Source: an uncultured delta proteobacterium (GTDB lineage: Bacteria > Myxococcota_A > Polyangia > Fen-1088). From it: a stretch of 64,000 bases of DNA. The notes under the pieces were generated by a model. That model was not told the DNA's origin and did no database searches. It was given only the letters and a program-made list of their open reading frames with translations. Below, piece by piece: positions 42,309-53,584 of this stretch. The first letter of the stretch is position 1, and each line of letters begins with the position of its first letter. The stretch is taken from positions 384,001-448,000 of the forward strand of contig CAVYGB010000008.1 in the NCBI GenBank assembly GCA_963767925.1. Direction: 5' to 3'. Position numbers and translations under genes: made by a program.

Positions 42309-44738
42309 TCAGCGGGCGAGGCGGAGCTCGACGGTGCCGGTGACGCCGCCGCGGGCGCGGGTAGGGGTCACGAGCTGGAGCAGGGTCCGCTCGAAGCAGC
42401 GCAGGTAGCGCCCGTCCCCCTCGAGCAGCTTGACCGCCACAACCCGCCCGCTGACATCGACGGTCAGCCGCAGCCGGAGCACCGGCGGAGCCGGCCGGGC
42501 GCAGGTCCCGGCCGCGAAGGCCGCCGCCACCTGGAGGGCCAGGGGGGTGGCGTCGCCGAGGGCGACCGAGCGGACGATCTCCGCGGGCGCGGGGGTCTGC
42601 TGGCGGGTTGGCTCGGGCGCGGGCCGGGCCGGCTTCTTCGCCGGCGGAGCGGGAGGCGCCGGGAGCGCGGCCTGGTCGGCCTCGAGGGGTGCGCCAGCCG
42701 GGGAGGGCGCCGAGTTGCCCGCGAAGTCCGCGACGATCCCCTTCAGCCGGTGGCCCCGGCCCAGCCCACCGGCGCCGCTGCCGCCGGCCATGCGGTAGGC
42801 CACGCCGCCGCCCACCGCGAGCTCCGAGACGCCTTCGGGCAGGGGCAGGGGCTGCTTGACCGCCGTCGCCTTGCCGCCGGCGTTGACCACCTGCGAGTCG
42901 ATGGCCACGAAGGAGGTGAAGGCGGTGAGCAGGCTGTACTCCAGCCCGAGCCTGGTGATGGCCTCCTCGGCGGCCTTGTTGCCGGCCATCTGGCGGTCGT
43001 CGTCGAGCAGGGCGACCCGCTTGCGGGCCCACAGCCAGCGCAGGGCCGCGTTCTCCTGGCGCAGATTCGCGGGGCGGACCTGCACCGTCTGGTGGAAGCG
43101 GCCGGTGCCGGTGGCGCCCGTGATCTCGATGCGGCCGCTGGCCGGCCCCCGGTACTTGCCGAAGAGGATGAGGGGGCGGCGGGCCAGCAGGTCGGGCAGC
43201 TTCTCAGGCGCGATTTCTGTCGCGCCGAAACCGTGGAAGCTCACCGAGACCTGGGTCAGCACCGGCTGCTCGATGTAGGCCCGGAAGCGCTCGGCCTCGG
43301 CGGCCGCCTTCTCCGCGCGCAGGACCACGAAGGGCTCGCCCTGGCCCGCCCGGGCCATGCCCTCGATGAGGCCGCGGTTGACGCTCGAGCCGATGCCGAA
43401 GGCGAACAGATTGGCCTGGTCGAGGCGCTCGCGGATGAAGCGGTAGGTCTGGGCCTCGACCCCCACGTAGCCGTCGGTGACGACCACCACCGAACGCGAC
43501 ACCGATCTGTCGCGCCGGCGGATCTGGTAGCTCGCCTGCAGGCCCGCCATCAGCTCGGTCCCGCCGCCGCCCTGCTGGCCGTCGAGCAGGGCCAGCGCCT
43601 GGGCGAGGTTCTCGGGGCTGGCGGTCACCGAGCCGTCGGGGCTCATGGTGTGGGAGCGCCCGGCGAACAGCACGACGTTGAACTGGTCGGTCGGGCGCAG
43701 CCCACCCAGCAACTTGCGCAGCAGGGCCTTTGTCGTGTCGAGCGGGAACCCGTGCATCGACCCCGAGACGTCGACCAGGAAGATGTACTCGCGAGTCGGG
43801 ATCTGGGCCGCCTGCGGCCGCAGGGGCGGCTCCATCATGAGGGCGAAGAACCGCTCGCGCGTCCCCCCGGCGCCCGCCCCCTCCCAGAGCAGGACCCCGG
43901 TCTCGATGCGGTCGTCGGCCAGGCGGTAGCGCAGCACGAAGTCGCGGTTGCCGCCGTCGCCTTGCCCGGTGAGGCGCAGGTCGGCGCGGGCGGGGCCCTG
44001 GTAGGCGACGTCGATCGGGTGCGAGGGCGAGGCCAGCTCCTTGAGGGCGATGCCGGTCTCGACGTGGGCCCGCAGGTCGAAGCGGTAGGGCGCGGGCTGG
44101 TCCGACTTGACGTGGGGGTTGGCGATCCAGCCGTCGCGGGCCCGGTCGGCCCCGCCGCCGTAGCGGGGGCCCACCACGGTCGGGTAGACGAACTCGTAGA
44201 CCCCCTCTTCGGGGATCAGCAGCTCGGAGTACTCCAGCTCGACCGCGATGGTGTCGCCGGGCAGGACGTTGGCGACGTTCATGGTGAAGACGTTGGGCCG
44301 CTGCTGCTCGAGCAGGGAGGCGCGCTGCCCGGCCTGGCGGGCGGCCTCGTAGTCGGCGCGGGCCTGGGCCCGGCGGTCGATGCGCGCCTCGATGGTGCGG
44401 TCCCCGATCTTCATGCGCATGCCGTGCACCGCCGCCCGGGTCGAGGCGGGGAACAGGTACACCGCCTCGATCGGGGTATGGCCGGTGTTCCGGTAGACCT
44501 GCTTGACCTTGACCCGGGCGATGACCCCCGCGATCGCCACCTCGGCGGAGGTCTCCTGCAGGGGCAGCGCCTCGACCGTGCCGTCGCCGCCCGGCACCAC
44601 GAAGTAGGGGGCCAGGGAGCGATCCATCTCCCCGCTCTCCTTGCCTTGCTCGGCGACCTGGGCGCCCTGGGCGACGGCCAGCGGGCTGGCGCCGATGCTG
44701 GCCGCCAGCAAGAACACACCTGTCGCTGCTTTGTGCAT
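42309..44738 (-). CDS. Secreted VIT + vWA domain protein with TonB-C/AgmX-like C-terminus
   Basis: Signal peptide; VIT (IEAVYLFPASTRAAV, RPNVFTMNVAN); MIDAS DVSGSM and VTDG; C-terminal LRLTVDVSGRV. Confidence 0.9.
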   Translation of the reverse strand: MHKAATGVFLLAASIGASPLAVAQGAQVAEQGKESGEMDRSLAPYFVVPGGDGTVEALPLQETSAEVAIAGVIARVKVKQVYRNTGHTPIEAVYLFPASTRAAVHGMRMKIGDRTIEARIDRRAQARADYEAARQAGQRASLLEQQRPNVFTMNVANVLPGDTIAVELEYSELLIPEEGVYEFVYPTVVGPRYGGGADRARDGWIANPHVKSDQPAPYRFDLRAHVETGIALKELASPSHPIDVAYQGPARADLRLTGQGDGGNRDFVLRYRLADDRIETGVLLWEGAGAGGTRERFFALMMEPPLRPQAAQIPTREYIFLVDVSGSMHGFPLDTTKALLRKLLGGLRPTDQFNVVLFAGRSHTMSPDGSVTASPENLAQALALLDGQQGGGGTELMAGLQASYQIRRRDRSVSRSVVVVTDGYVGVEAQTYRFIRERLDQANLFAFGIGSSVNRGLIEGMARAGQGEPFVVLRAEKAAAEAERFRAYIEQPVLTQVSVSFHGFGATEIAPEKLPDLLARRPLILFGKYRGPASGRIEITGATGTGRFHQTVQVRPANLRQENAALRWLWARKRVALLDDDRQMAGNKAAEEAITRLGLEYSLLTAFTSFVAIDSQVVNAGGKATAVKQPLPLPEGVSELAVGGGVAYRMAGGSGAGGLGRGHRLKGIVADFAGNSAPSPAGAPLEADQAALPAPPAPPAKKPARPAPEPTRQQTPAPAEIVRSVALGDATPLALQVAAAFAAGTCARPAPPVLRLRLTVDVSGRVVAVKLLEGDGRYLRCFERTLLQLVTPTRARGGVTGTVELRLAR

Positions 44739-44857
44739 GGGAACGGACCTCCTCCGGGCGAGGTTGAGAGAAAAATGCCCGGTACCCCCGCTGGAACGCA
44801 CGGGGGCGCCGAAGGATCTGACGTCCTGGCTCCGCGGTTGTTCCAGGCGGGGGGAGA

Positions 44858-45787
44858 TCAGGTCATCTCCAGGAATTTCTTCTCCAGGGAGGCCCCGCGG
44901 CGCACACCGGCGATGCGGGCGCTGGCGTCCAGCAGCACGCGCAAGGTGGCAGCGATCACGTCCTCCACCCGGCGCTCGGCGGTGGCGCGGAAGAGCACCC
45001 GCAGCAGGCGGCGCTCGGGGTCCCAGCTCACCTGGTCGCCGGTCAGGGCGGCCTGCAGGGCCTCGAGCGGAACCGGCCCCTCGGACAGCTCGACCTCCAC
45101 CTCCTGGCCCTTGCCGGTGACCACGTCGGTGGCCCCCGCCGCCACCACCAGCCCCCGATCGATGAAGGCCACGTGCTCGCACAGGGTCTCGAGCTCGGGC
45201 AGGTTGTGCGAGGAGATCACGACCGTGCGGCCAGCGGTGCGGGCCCGCCGCAGCAGCTCCCGGATCTCGTGGGCGTGGCGCGGGTCGAGGCCGCTGGTCG
45301 GCTCGTCGAGCAGCACCAGCTCCGGCTCGCCGATCAGCGCCTGGGCCACCGCCAGCCGGCGCAACATCCCGTGCGAGAGGGTCTTGGCCCGGGCCAGCTT
45401 GCGGTCGCCCAGGCCCACCTCGTCGAGCAGGCGTTCGGCGTCCCGGCGGGCCCGGATCGCGTCCAGCCCCTGCAGGCGGCCGAAATACAGCAGGTGCTCG
45501 AGGCAGCGGGTCTCGCGGCCGAGGGCGGCGTCCTGGGGCAGCGCCGTGACCCGCCCCTTGAGCCGGGCTGGATCGAACCCCGGCTCCCCGAGGATGGTGA
45601 TCGCGCCGGCGTCGGGGCGCAAGAACCCGCAGGCGATCGAGAAGGCGGTGGTCTTGCCCGCCCCGTTGGGACCGATCAGGCCGAACAGCGTCCCCTTCGG
45701 CACCTCCAGGGAGAGGCCCCGCAGGGCCGGCGTCTTGCCGAAGCGCTTGCTGACCTCGGCGAACTGTAGAGCGGGGCCGGCGCTCAC
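44858..45787 (-). CDS. ABC transporter ATP-binding protein (ABC-2 type)
   Basis: GPNGAGKTT, LSHGM, LLDEPTSGLD, SSH. The GTG start overlaps the permease stop. Confidence 0.93.
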   Translation of the reverse strand: MSAGPALQFAEVSKRFGKTPALRGLSLEVPKGTLFGLIGPNGAGKTTAFSIACGFLRPDAGAITILGEPGFDPARLKGRVTALPQDAALGRETRCLEHLLYFGRLQGLDAIRARRDAERLLDEVGLGDRKLARAKTLSHGMLRRLAVAQALIGEPELVLLDEPTSGLDPRHAHEIRELLRRARTAGRTVVISSHNLPELETLCEHVAFIDRGLVVAAGATDVVTGKGQEVEVELSEGPVPLEALQAALTGDQVSWDPERRLLRVLFRATAERRVEDVIAATLRVLLDASARIAGVRRGASLEKKFLEMT

Positions 45788-46701
45788 AGGTCTCTCCGGC
45801 GCAGCACCGCGAACCCGACGCCGAAGTAGACGGCGGTCAGCGCCAGGCAGATCGCCATGTCGCTGACCAGGGCGCCGCCGGGCGGATAGTTGAGCCCGTC
45901 CTTGTGGGGGAAAGGCGTGAGGTGCAGGAGCAGGTCCCAGAGCGAGGCGGCGAGAGGTCCCGCGGTCGCCCGCCTGGCCTCCGCCCAGCCGCCGAGAATG
46001 GCGAGCGCCACCGCCCCGCCCAGGGCGACGATGCGCGCGAGGTTCGCGCTGGCGGTGAGCATCGAGGCGCACATCGCCCAGGCGAGAAAGGGCAGCAGGT
46101 AGAGCAGGATGCGTGGCAGGTACGACAGCAGGCCGGCGGCGGTGTCGGTAGCCTCGAAGCCGGCGATCGAGGTCCAGCCCACGAGGTAAAAGGAGAGGGC
46201 GGCCAGCACGGTGACGCCCGCCACCAGCACGAGCTGCCCGAGGGCCTTGCCCACCGCGAAGGAGAGCCGGCCGGTGCGCAGCACGCTGTAGCGGATGGCC
46301 CGCGAGCTGACGTCCCCCGCGATGCTCTCGGACGAGGTGAAGAGCACCAGCCAGGGCAAGAAGGTCATGGCCGCCCAGCCGAAGAACACAACCATGGGCG
46401 GCATCCGGGCGAAGTAGTCGGCCTTGCGGTCGTCGCGGATCATGATCCGCAACATGTTCCGGTAGCTCGTCGTGTCTCGCAGGCGGCGCACGGTGGCTCC
46501 CGGGCGACCGCTGCTGGGCGCGCCGAGGGCCCGGGCGGCGTTCTCCTCGATCTTGCGCAGGGCCTCGGTGTAGCCCCAGGCGCCGACCGAGCCGGCCCCC
46601 ACGAAGAGCAGGACCATCACGACGATCAGCTTGCTGCGGACCGACTCGGCCAGCTCGAAGCGGGCGACGATGGCGATGTCGCGACCGGTGGCCGACCTCA
46701 C
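45784..46701 (-). CDS. ABC-2 transporter permease
   Basis: About six TM segments and a typical C-terminal LRRRDL; coupled to the ATPase gene. Confidence 0.88.
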   Translation of the reverse strand: MRSATGRDIAIVARFELAESVRSKLIVVMVLLFVGAGSVGAWGYTEALRKIEENAARALGAPSSGRPGATVRRLRDTTSYRNMLRIMIRDDRKADYFARMPPMVVFFGWAAMTFLPWLVLFTSSESIAGDVSSRAIRYSVLRTGRLSFAVGKALGQLVLVAGVTVLAALSFYLVGWTSIAGFEATDTAAGLLSYLPRILLYLLPFLAWAMCASMLTASANLARIVALGGAVALAILGGWAEARRATAGPLAASLWDLLLHLTPFPHKDGLNYPPGGALVSDMAICLALTAVYFGVGFAVLRRRDL

Positions 46702-47426
46702 GGGCTGCGCCCCGGGTCGACGATCTCGGCGCCCTCCATGGTCTCGGCCAGCTTGCGAAAGGCCTCCATGTCGATCTGGGTCAGGGCATCGAAGCGGGTC
46801 TTCTCCATCGCCGCCCGTCCGTTGTCGTCGAGCCCTGCCTTCACGGCGTCGTCGGTGCGCCGGTAGATGTCGAGCAGGCGAACCCCCACGTCGGCCATGT
46901 CCCGGGGGGTGATGGGTTTGCCCTTCTTGCCGAGGGTCTCGGCGATCTCGGAGGCGGCCCGGGCCAGCTCGTCGTTCATGGTCTTGATGGTGGCGTCGAG
47001 GGCGGCCTCCCGCTCGGGCGAGAGTCCCGCCTCGTTGACGAAGGCCTCCCGGAACTGGGTCGCCCGCAGGTCGGCAGCCGCCTTGGCGGCGGCGAATCCC
47101 TCGCCGTCCCCGCCGAACATGCGCGGGCGCCCTTCGGCGGGAGGGGGCGTCACCTCGGCCGGGGTGGGGACGGCCGGCTCGGCGGGCTCCGATCGCTCCG
47201 GAGGGTTGAACCGCGGCACGCGCCGCGCATCGGCCTGGGCCCGCTCGCGCGCAGCGGCCAGGCCACCGAGGCCCAGCGCGGGCAACAAGCCGGAGCCGCG
47301 CGACGCGGCCGCCTCTCGGGCCTCGGTCAGCTCCTGGTGGGTCCGCCGGAGCTCGGCGCGGGGCGCGAGGCCTCCCAGGAAGAGCCCCAGCAGCAGCGTC
47401 AGGGCGCCCACCAGCACGGTCTTCAT
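46698..47426 (-). CDS. Hypothetical membrane-anchored protein
   Basis: MKTVLVGALTLLLGLFLGG N-terminal anchor and helical C-terminal domain; coupled to the permease gene. Confidence 0.8.
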   Translation of the reverse strand: MKTVLVGALTLLLGLFLGGLAPRAELRRTHQELTEAREAAASRGSGLLPALGLGGLAAARERAQADARRVPRFNPPERSEPAEPAVPTPAEVTPPPAEGRPRMFGGDGEGFAAAKAAADLRATQFREAFVNEAGLSPEREAALDATIKTMNDELARAASEIAETLGKKGKPITPRDMADVGVRLLDIYRRTDDAVKAGLDDNGRAAMEKTRFDALTQIDMEAFRKLAETMEGAEIVDPGRSP

Positions 47427-47546
47427 GTCACCAGAATAGGCCATGACCAGCCTGCGGTGCACTAGCCCCTCGAGACGGGTAACCGGCAGGTTGCGGACGC
47501 CCAGATCCGGTTGCGAGCAGCGCCGCGGCTCGTGATAGCGTGCCGC

Positions 47547-48917
47547 ATGCCCGACTCGACGGTCTCGGCGCTCGATCGCGCCCGGCGCAAGGCGTTCTGG
47601 CGGCTGGTCCCCCTCTGTTTCGTCTCGTACGTGATCGCGTACATCGACCGGGCCAACGTGTCGATCGCGAAGCTCACGATGATGAAGGACCTGCCGGGGT
47701 TCGACAACGACGTCTTCGGCACCGGGGCGGGCATCTTCTTCATCGGCTACTTCCTCCTCGAGATCCCCGGGAGCTTGATCGTCGAGCGCTGGAGCGCCCG
47801 CAAGTGGATCAGCCGCATCATGGTCACCTGGGGGATCATCGCCGCTCTCACCGCCACGGTGAAGAACCCCACCCAGTTTTACACCCTGCGGTTCCTCCTC
47901 GGCCTGGCCGAGGCGGGCTTTTACCCGGGGGTGATCGTCTACCTCACCCACTGGTTCCCCTCGAAGGACCGGGCCCGGGCCTTCGCCTTCTTCTTCATCG
48001 GGGGGCCCATCGCCCAGCTCCTGAGCCCCAAGATCTCCTACCTGATGTTGAAGATCGGCACCGACGAGGTGGTGGGGGGCGTGCCGGTCCACCACCCCGA
48101 GCTGATGGGCCTCGAGGGCTGGCAGTGGGTCTACATCTTCTGGGGCATCCCGGCCGTCATCCTCGGGGTCGTCGTCTTCTTCTTCCTCACCGATCGCCCC
48201 TCCCAGGCGCGCTGGCTGACCGCCGAGGAGCGGGAGGCGCTCGATCGCGAGCTGCAACGGGAGCGGAACGAGCACGGCGGCGCCCGCCACATGGGTGTCC
48301 TGCAGGCCCTGCGCCACCCCAAGGTGCTGCTGCTGGCCCTGGCCTACTTCCTGGCGGTGACCGGCAACTACGGGGTGGAGTTTTTCCTGCCCACGATCTT
48401 GCAGCAGTGGAACGGTCTCGACCTCAACCAGGTCACGAGCTGGATCCTGATCCCGAACCTGGCCCTGCTGCTCGGTCAGGTGCTGATCGGCTGGAGCTCG
48501 GATCGCCGGCGCGAGCGCTGGTTCCACGCCGCGTTCCCGGTCTACTTCGGGGCCGTTGCCCTGGCCCTGGCCCCTTCGGCGCAGGGGAACCTCGCCCTCA
48601 CGCTGCTGATCTTCTCGCTCACGATGGCCGGCATCCGCGGCTACCTGCCGGCCTTCTGGTCGCTGCCCAACCTCTTTCTCAAGGGCGCGGCCGCGGCCGG
48701 CAGCATCGGCTTCATCAACTCGGTGGGCAACCTGGGCGGCTACCTGGGCCCCAAGGTGATGGGCAAGGTCGAGACCGTGACCGGGTCCTTCCAGGGCGGC
48801 CTGTACTTCCTGGCCGCCTGCCTGGCCGGGGCGGCGACCATCATCCTCGGGCTGCAGCGCTGGCAGCGGCGGATCGACGCCCGCGCCCGCGCCGCCGGCC
48901 TGACCCCCACGGGCTGA
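47547..48917 (+). CDS. MFS transporter (ACS family, tartrate-transporter-like)
   Basis: YIDRANVS, GIFFIGYFLLEIP, RFLLGLAEAGFYPG, GWQWVYI, GFINSVGNLGG. Confidence 0.95.
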   Translation: MPDSTVSALDRARRKAFWRLVPLCFVSYVIAYIDRANVSIAKLTMMKDLPGFDNDVFGTGAGIFFIGYFLLEIPGSLIVERWSARKWISRIMVTWGIIAALTATVKNPTQFYTLRFLLGLAEAGFYPGVIVYLTHWFPSKDRARAFAFFFIGGPIAQLLSPKISYLMLKIGTDEVVGGVPVHHPELMGLEGWQWVYIFWGIPAVILGVVVFFFLTDRPSQARWLTAEEREALDRELQRERNEHGGARHMGVLQALRHPKVLLLALAYFLAVTGNYGVEFFLPTILQQWNGLDLNQVTSWILIPNLALLLGQVLIGWSSDRRRERWFHAAFPVYFGAVALALAPSAQGNLALTLLIFSLTMAGIRGYLPAFWSLPNLFLKGAAAAGSIGFINSVGNLGGYLGPKVMGKVETVTGSFQGGLYFLAACLAGAATIILGLQRWQRRIDARARAAGLTPTG

Positions 48918-48933
48918 GCGCGGGGGCGCCCCG

Positions 48934-51003
48934 TTACTGGGGCCGGCGCGAGATCCGGTAGAGCACGGTGCCCATGACCGCGAAGGCGATCACGGCCAGC
49001 AGCTCGTAGCCGCTCTGGCCGATGGCGCCCACCAGGTTGTGCTCGACCGACAGCTTGGCGATGGCCGCGGCCAGCCCGTCGTTCGAGGAGAGGATGGCGA
49101 CCAGCACGCCGGCCAGGGCGCCACCCGCCACCAGGCCGGTGGCGTAGAGGTTGCCGGGCCCCAGCTCGGAGTCGCCGACGTGTTTGCCCTTCCGCTGCGC
49201 CACCCAGTCCGAGAGCCCCTTGATGGCGCCGCCGACGAAGATGGGGGCGGTGGTCGACAGCGGCAGGTAGAGCCCGACCGCGAAGGAGAGGGACTTGACC
49301 CCGCACAGCTCGATGGTGATGGCGGTGAACACGCCCACCAGCACGAACTGCCAGTCGAGGTTGAACGAGAGCAGACCCTTGATCAAGGTGGCCATCAAGG
49401 TCCCCTGGGGGGCGGGGAACTTGTCCGATCCGATCGCGTGCAAGATCCCCTGCGCGCGCATCGCCTCGCTGGGGCGGTCGAGGAGCTGGATGGTCACGCC
49501 GATCACGGCGGCGGCCGCCACCGACCCGATGAGCAGGCCGATCTGCTGGGCCCGGGGGGTGGCGCCCACCAGGTAGCCGGTCTTGAGGTCCTGCGAGGTC
49601 GCCCCCGCGTTGGCCGCGGCGATGCAGACCATGCCGCCCACACACAGGGCCATCGGCTGGTAGACGTCCCCGGTCCAGCCCAGGGCGATGAAGATGAGGC
49701 AGGTCGCCATCAGGGTGGCGATGGTCATGCCCGAGATGGGGTTGGAGGAGGTGCCGATGATGCCGACGATGCGGCTGGCGACCGTCACGAAGAAGAACCC
49801 GAACACGATGATCAGCACGCCGAGCAGCAGCTTGCCGAAGACCGAGGTGCCGGGGACGAAGGGCAACACGGCCATCACCAGGATCAGGCCGACGCAGCCG
49901 GCCAGCACCACCGTGATGGGCAGGTCGCGATCGGTGCGCTTGGTGCTGGCGCCTGCCGCTGCCCGGCCCGGAGCGAGGCGATGCTGTCCTTGAACGAGCT
50001 GACGATGGTGGGCAGGGTCTTGATGCAGGGTGATGAAGCCGCCGGCGGCCACCGCGCCCGCCCCGATCTGCCGGATGTAGGCCCGGTAGATCGCGACGGC
50101 GGTGTTGCCGAAGGTCTGGGTGGCGGGATCCCAGGCGCCCTGGCCGCCCGCGGTGGCCAGGTCCTTGAGGTAGCCGAGCTTGACGAGCTGGGCGGCGATC
50201 ACCTGGGGGTCGACGAGCGTCGCCAGCAGGGGGATCAATCCCAGCCAGGCCAGCACGCCGCCTGCCACCAGGACGCCGGCGATGCGCGGGTCCGATGATG
50301 TAACCGACGCCCATGTATTCGGGCGTCACCTCGGCGTTCAAGGTGGCCGAGGGCAAGTACTTGTTGGTCTGGCTCGACACCCAGGCGGGCGTCTCGGCGA
50401 TCAGCTTGATGACCTTCTGCAGGACGGCGTAGACGAAGGCGAAGCCCAGCCCCTGGTAGGCGGTGCGGGCCAGCTCGCCCCCCTTCTCGCCGGCGATCAA
50501 CACCGACGCGCAGGCGGTCCCCTCGGGGTAGGGGAGGTTCTTGTGCTCCTTGACGATCAGCGAGCGCCGCAGCGGCACCATCATCGAGGGTGCCGAGCAC
50601 GCCGCCCAGCAGCGCGAGGGTGAAGATGGTCCAGTACGAGAAGTAGGGGGCCCCGATGCTGTTGCCGGTGCGCGGCGTCGGTGGCCAGGAAGAGGAAGCC
50701 CGGCAAGGTGAACACCACGCCGGCGGCGATCGATTCGCCGGCCGAGCCGATGGTCTGCACGACGTTGTTCTCGAGGATGGTCGAGCCGCCCATCTTCTTG
50801 AGCACCGAGATGGCGAGCACCGCGATGGGGATCGACGCCGAGACGGTCAGCCCGGCTTTGAGGGCGAGGTACACGGTGGCCGCGCCGAAAACGATGCCGA
50901 AGAACACCCCGATGACGATGGCCTTGGGCGTGAACTCCGGGACGTTGCGTTCGGCCGCGATATAGGGCTGAAACTCGGGCTCCGGGGTGGTCGATGCCGC
51001 CAT
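48934..51003 (-). CDS. OPT-family oligopeptide transporter; several frameshifts 49960-50660
   Basis: [71 protein letters not shown]. Confidence 0.93.
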
Positions 51004-51141
51004 GCCCGCAATCTCGCATCGCCCGCAGCGACAAGCCACGTAAAATAGCGGGCCAGCCCGCCCGCGGCAGGCGCCCGGCGATTGACACCCCCGCGCCCCG
51101 ATGGTTTCCTGCCTGGCATCTCTGCCCGAGAGGAGACTCCC

Positions 51142-52092
51142 ATGAGCAAGACGCTGTCGTTTCTCTCCCGTCGGTCTGATATCTCCCGTCGTTCCTTCAT
51201 GGTCGGCGCAGGAGCGGCGGGTCTCGCCACCCTGGCGCCGGGCGCCGGATCGGGAGCCCCGTCGAGCGCGAGGATCTCCATCGGCTACGCCGCCATCACC
51301 TGGGGTGACCAGAGCTCGAAGACCGCCATCGAGGAGATCGCGGGCGCCGGCTACGGCGGCATCCAGCTCCGCCTGTCGATCCTCAAGGACTTCGAGAACC
51401 CGGCCGCGCTGAAGGCGGCGCTGGCCAAGGCCAAGCTGACCTTCGCTTGCCTCTCGGGCGGCGGCCCCGGCGCCGACCCGGCCAAGCGCCAGGCCGAGGT
51501 CGACAAGTTCCTCGAGGGGGCCCGCTTCGCCACCGCCGCTGGCGCGCTCAGCATCCAGGCCACCAGCCCCCGCCGCGGCGAGAAGGTGGAGCCGGCCCAG
51601 CTCGAGGCGTTCGGCGAGACGCTCGAGGAGATCGGCAAGAAGACGGCGGCGCTCGGGCTGCCGCTGGCCTTCCATCCCCACATGGATCAGCTCGGCGAGA
51701 GCGCCGAGGAGGTCGACCAGATCCTCAAGGCCTCCGACCCGCGTTACGTCAAGCTGCTGCTCGACACCGGCCACTGGGCCGCGGCCGGGGGCGACCCGGT
51801 CGCCGCCGTGAAGAAACACGGCAAGCGCCTGGCCATGTTGCACATCAAAGACGTCAAGGACCGGACCCCCACCGAGGCCAACGCCAAGAAGTTCGAGTTC
51901 GTCGAGCTGGGGCAGGGCAAGGTCGACTTCCCGGCGGTGTTCGCCGCCCTCAAGGCCGCCCGCTACGAGGGCTGGGCGGTGGTGGAGCTGGATCGGGTGC
52001 CCCCCGGTCGGGCGCCCAGGGACGCCGCCCTGGCCAACAAGGCCTTCCTGGAGAAGACTCTGGGCCTGCAGATCGGGAAAAAGGTCGGCTGA
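51142..52092 (+). CDS. Tat-exported sugar-phosphate isomerase/epimerase TIM barrel (IolE-like)
   Basis: SRRSFM Tat motif; [27 protein letters not shown]. Confidence 0.88.
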   Translation: MSKTLSFLSRRSDISRRSFMVGAGAAGLATLAPGAGSGAPSSARISIGYAAITWGDQSSKTAIEEIAGAGYGGIQLRLSILKDFENPAALKAALAKAKLTFACLSGGGPGADPAKRQAEVDKFLEGARFATAAGALSIQATSPRRGEKVEPAQLEAFGETLEEIGKKTAALGLPLAFHPHMDQLGESAEEVDQILKASDPRYVKLLLDTGHWAAAGGDPVAAVKKHGKRLAMLHIKDVKDRTPTEANAKKFEFVELGQGKVDFPAVFAALKAARYEGWAVVELDRVPPGRAPRDAALANKAFLEKTLGLQIGKKVG

Positions 52093-52128
52093 ACCGTCGG
52101 TCGGCTCAACGTGAAAGGCGGTATCTAC

Positions 52129-52686
52129 ATGTCTCGTCTCACCGTTCGTACCTTGCTCGCAGGTGGAATGTTTGCGCTCGCGCTGGGGGCGGCCGCCACC
52201 CAGCGGGCGCAGGCGGCCGATCCGGCCCCGGCCGATCCGGCCCTCCTCCCGGTGGGGAGCGAGGCTCCGGACTTCACGACCACCGCCCACAGCGGCGAGA
52301 AGGTCGAGCTGTCCAGGCTGAAGGGTAAGCCGGTCGTCCTGTTCTTCTATCCGAAGGACGACACGCCCGGCTGCACCAAGGAGGCCTGCGACTTCCGCGA
52401 TAGCTGGACCAAGCTGCAGAAGGCGGGCGTGGTCGTGTTCGGGGTCTCGACCCAGGACAACACCTCGCACAAGGCCTTCGCCGAGAAGCACAAGCTGCCC
52501 TTCGCCCTGCTGCCCGACGAGAAGGGCGAGATCGCCAAGAAGTTCGGGGTGCCCGTGGTCGACGGCAAGGCCCGCCGGATCACCTACCTCATCGGCAAGG
52601 ACGGCAAGATCAAACACGTGTGGCCCAAGGTCACCCCGGTCGGCCACGCCGCCGAGATCCTCGCCCAGGTCGAAGCAAAGTCCTAG
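52129..52686 (+). CDS. bcp: Peroxiredoxin BCP/PrxQ with signal peptide
   Basis: [16 protein letters not shown]-terminal signal ending AQA; RBS AAAGGCGG. Confidence 0.93.
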   Translation: MSRLTVRTLLAGGMFALALGAAATQRAQAADPAPADPALLPVGSEAPDFTTTAHSGEKVELSRLKGKPVVLFFYPKDDTPGCTKEACDFRDSWTKLQKAGVVVFGVSTQDNTSHKAFAEKHKLPFALLPDEKGEIAKKFGVPVVDGKARRITYLIGKDGKIKHVWPKVTPVGHAAEILAQVEAKS

Positions 52687-52690
52687 CGGA

Positions 52691-52727
52691 CGGGGAAGAG
52701 GGCGCGGCAGACCGCGCCCCTCCCCCG
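52691..52727 (+). terminator. GC-rich hairpin after bcp
   Basis: GGGGAAGAGGGCGCGG-caga-CCGCGCCCCTCCCCCG; no clear U tail. Confidence 0.4.
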
Positions 52728-52875
52728 AGCCCTCTCCCCGAAGCTCGTAAGGAGCGATTCACCTGCGAGTGACGGGTCTCTCCGGCAGGCGGAGCCCGCC
52801 TCCGAACGCGGAAAGTGGGTGGTTCGTCGGTTCAGCCCGGATCGCTCAGAGGCGTTCAGCTTGGCCGGATCGGGA

Positions 52876-53565
52876 CTAGGCGGCGCCGTCGAGGGCCCAG
52901 GCCAGGGCGGCTTTGGCGTGCTGGGGGGCCTGGGGGCTCTCGAAGATGGCGCCGTGGGCGGGGAGGATGCGAGAGAAGTTCCAGGCCAGCATCTGCTCGA
53001 TGCTGGCCCGCAGCTTCTGTCGATCTTTCGTGTAGCGCCGCCAGGCCCGGCTCATCGCCAGGTGCCCGCGGGTGCCCATCATCTTCAGCACCATCGTGGT
53101 GACGAAGTTGGCGGGCTGCTCGATGTTGAACAGCAGGTCGCTCACCAGCAGCGTGTGGCTGGGGCGGTGGAGGAAGACCGTCTCGTTGAGGCCGGGCGCC
53201 CCCTCGATGAGGCGCTGATCCAGCACCCCGGACCAGGGCGGGTCGCCGTCCTGGCCCAGCACGCCGGTGAAGCGCAGGTCCTTGCGCTTGGCCCGTAGCC
53301 CGGGCGCCCCGTACAGCCTGGCCCCCGCGAAGCGGCGCAGCCAGTGGCCGGCGAACTTGTGGTGCAGGCAGCTCGGCGCCAGCAGGTATTCGACCTTGTC
53401 GATGCGGGCCACCGCCCGCAGGCGCTCCTCGGTGAGCGGCAAGGGGGAGTGCACGACAAGCCCGCCCCGGGGCAGCCGGGCCAGGGTCATGCGCACGGGC
53501 AGCTTCACCCAGCCCGGCAAGGTATCCTCGTCGGTCCACAGCTCGGGCGCGATCTCGGTGAGCAT
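52876..53565 (-). CDS. DUF4336-family protein
   Basis: PVRMTLARL..GGLVVHSP, LAPSCLHH, ETVFLHRPSHTLLVSDLLFN, ILPAHG. Confidence 0.85.
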   Translation of the reverse strand: MLTEIAPELWTDEDTLPGWVKLPVRMTLARLPRGGLVVHSPLPLTEERLRAVARIDKVEYLLAPSCLHHKFAGHWLRRFAGARLYGAPGLRAKRKDLRFTGVLGQDGDPPWSGVLDQRLIEGAPGLNETVFLHRPSHTLLVSDLLFNIEQPANFVTTMVLKMMGTRGHLAMSRAWRRYTKDRQKLRASIEQMLAWNFSRILPAHGAIFESPQAPQHAKAALAWALDGAA

Positions 53566-53584
53566 GCGGGTGGGCCAGGCCCGG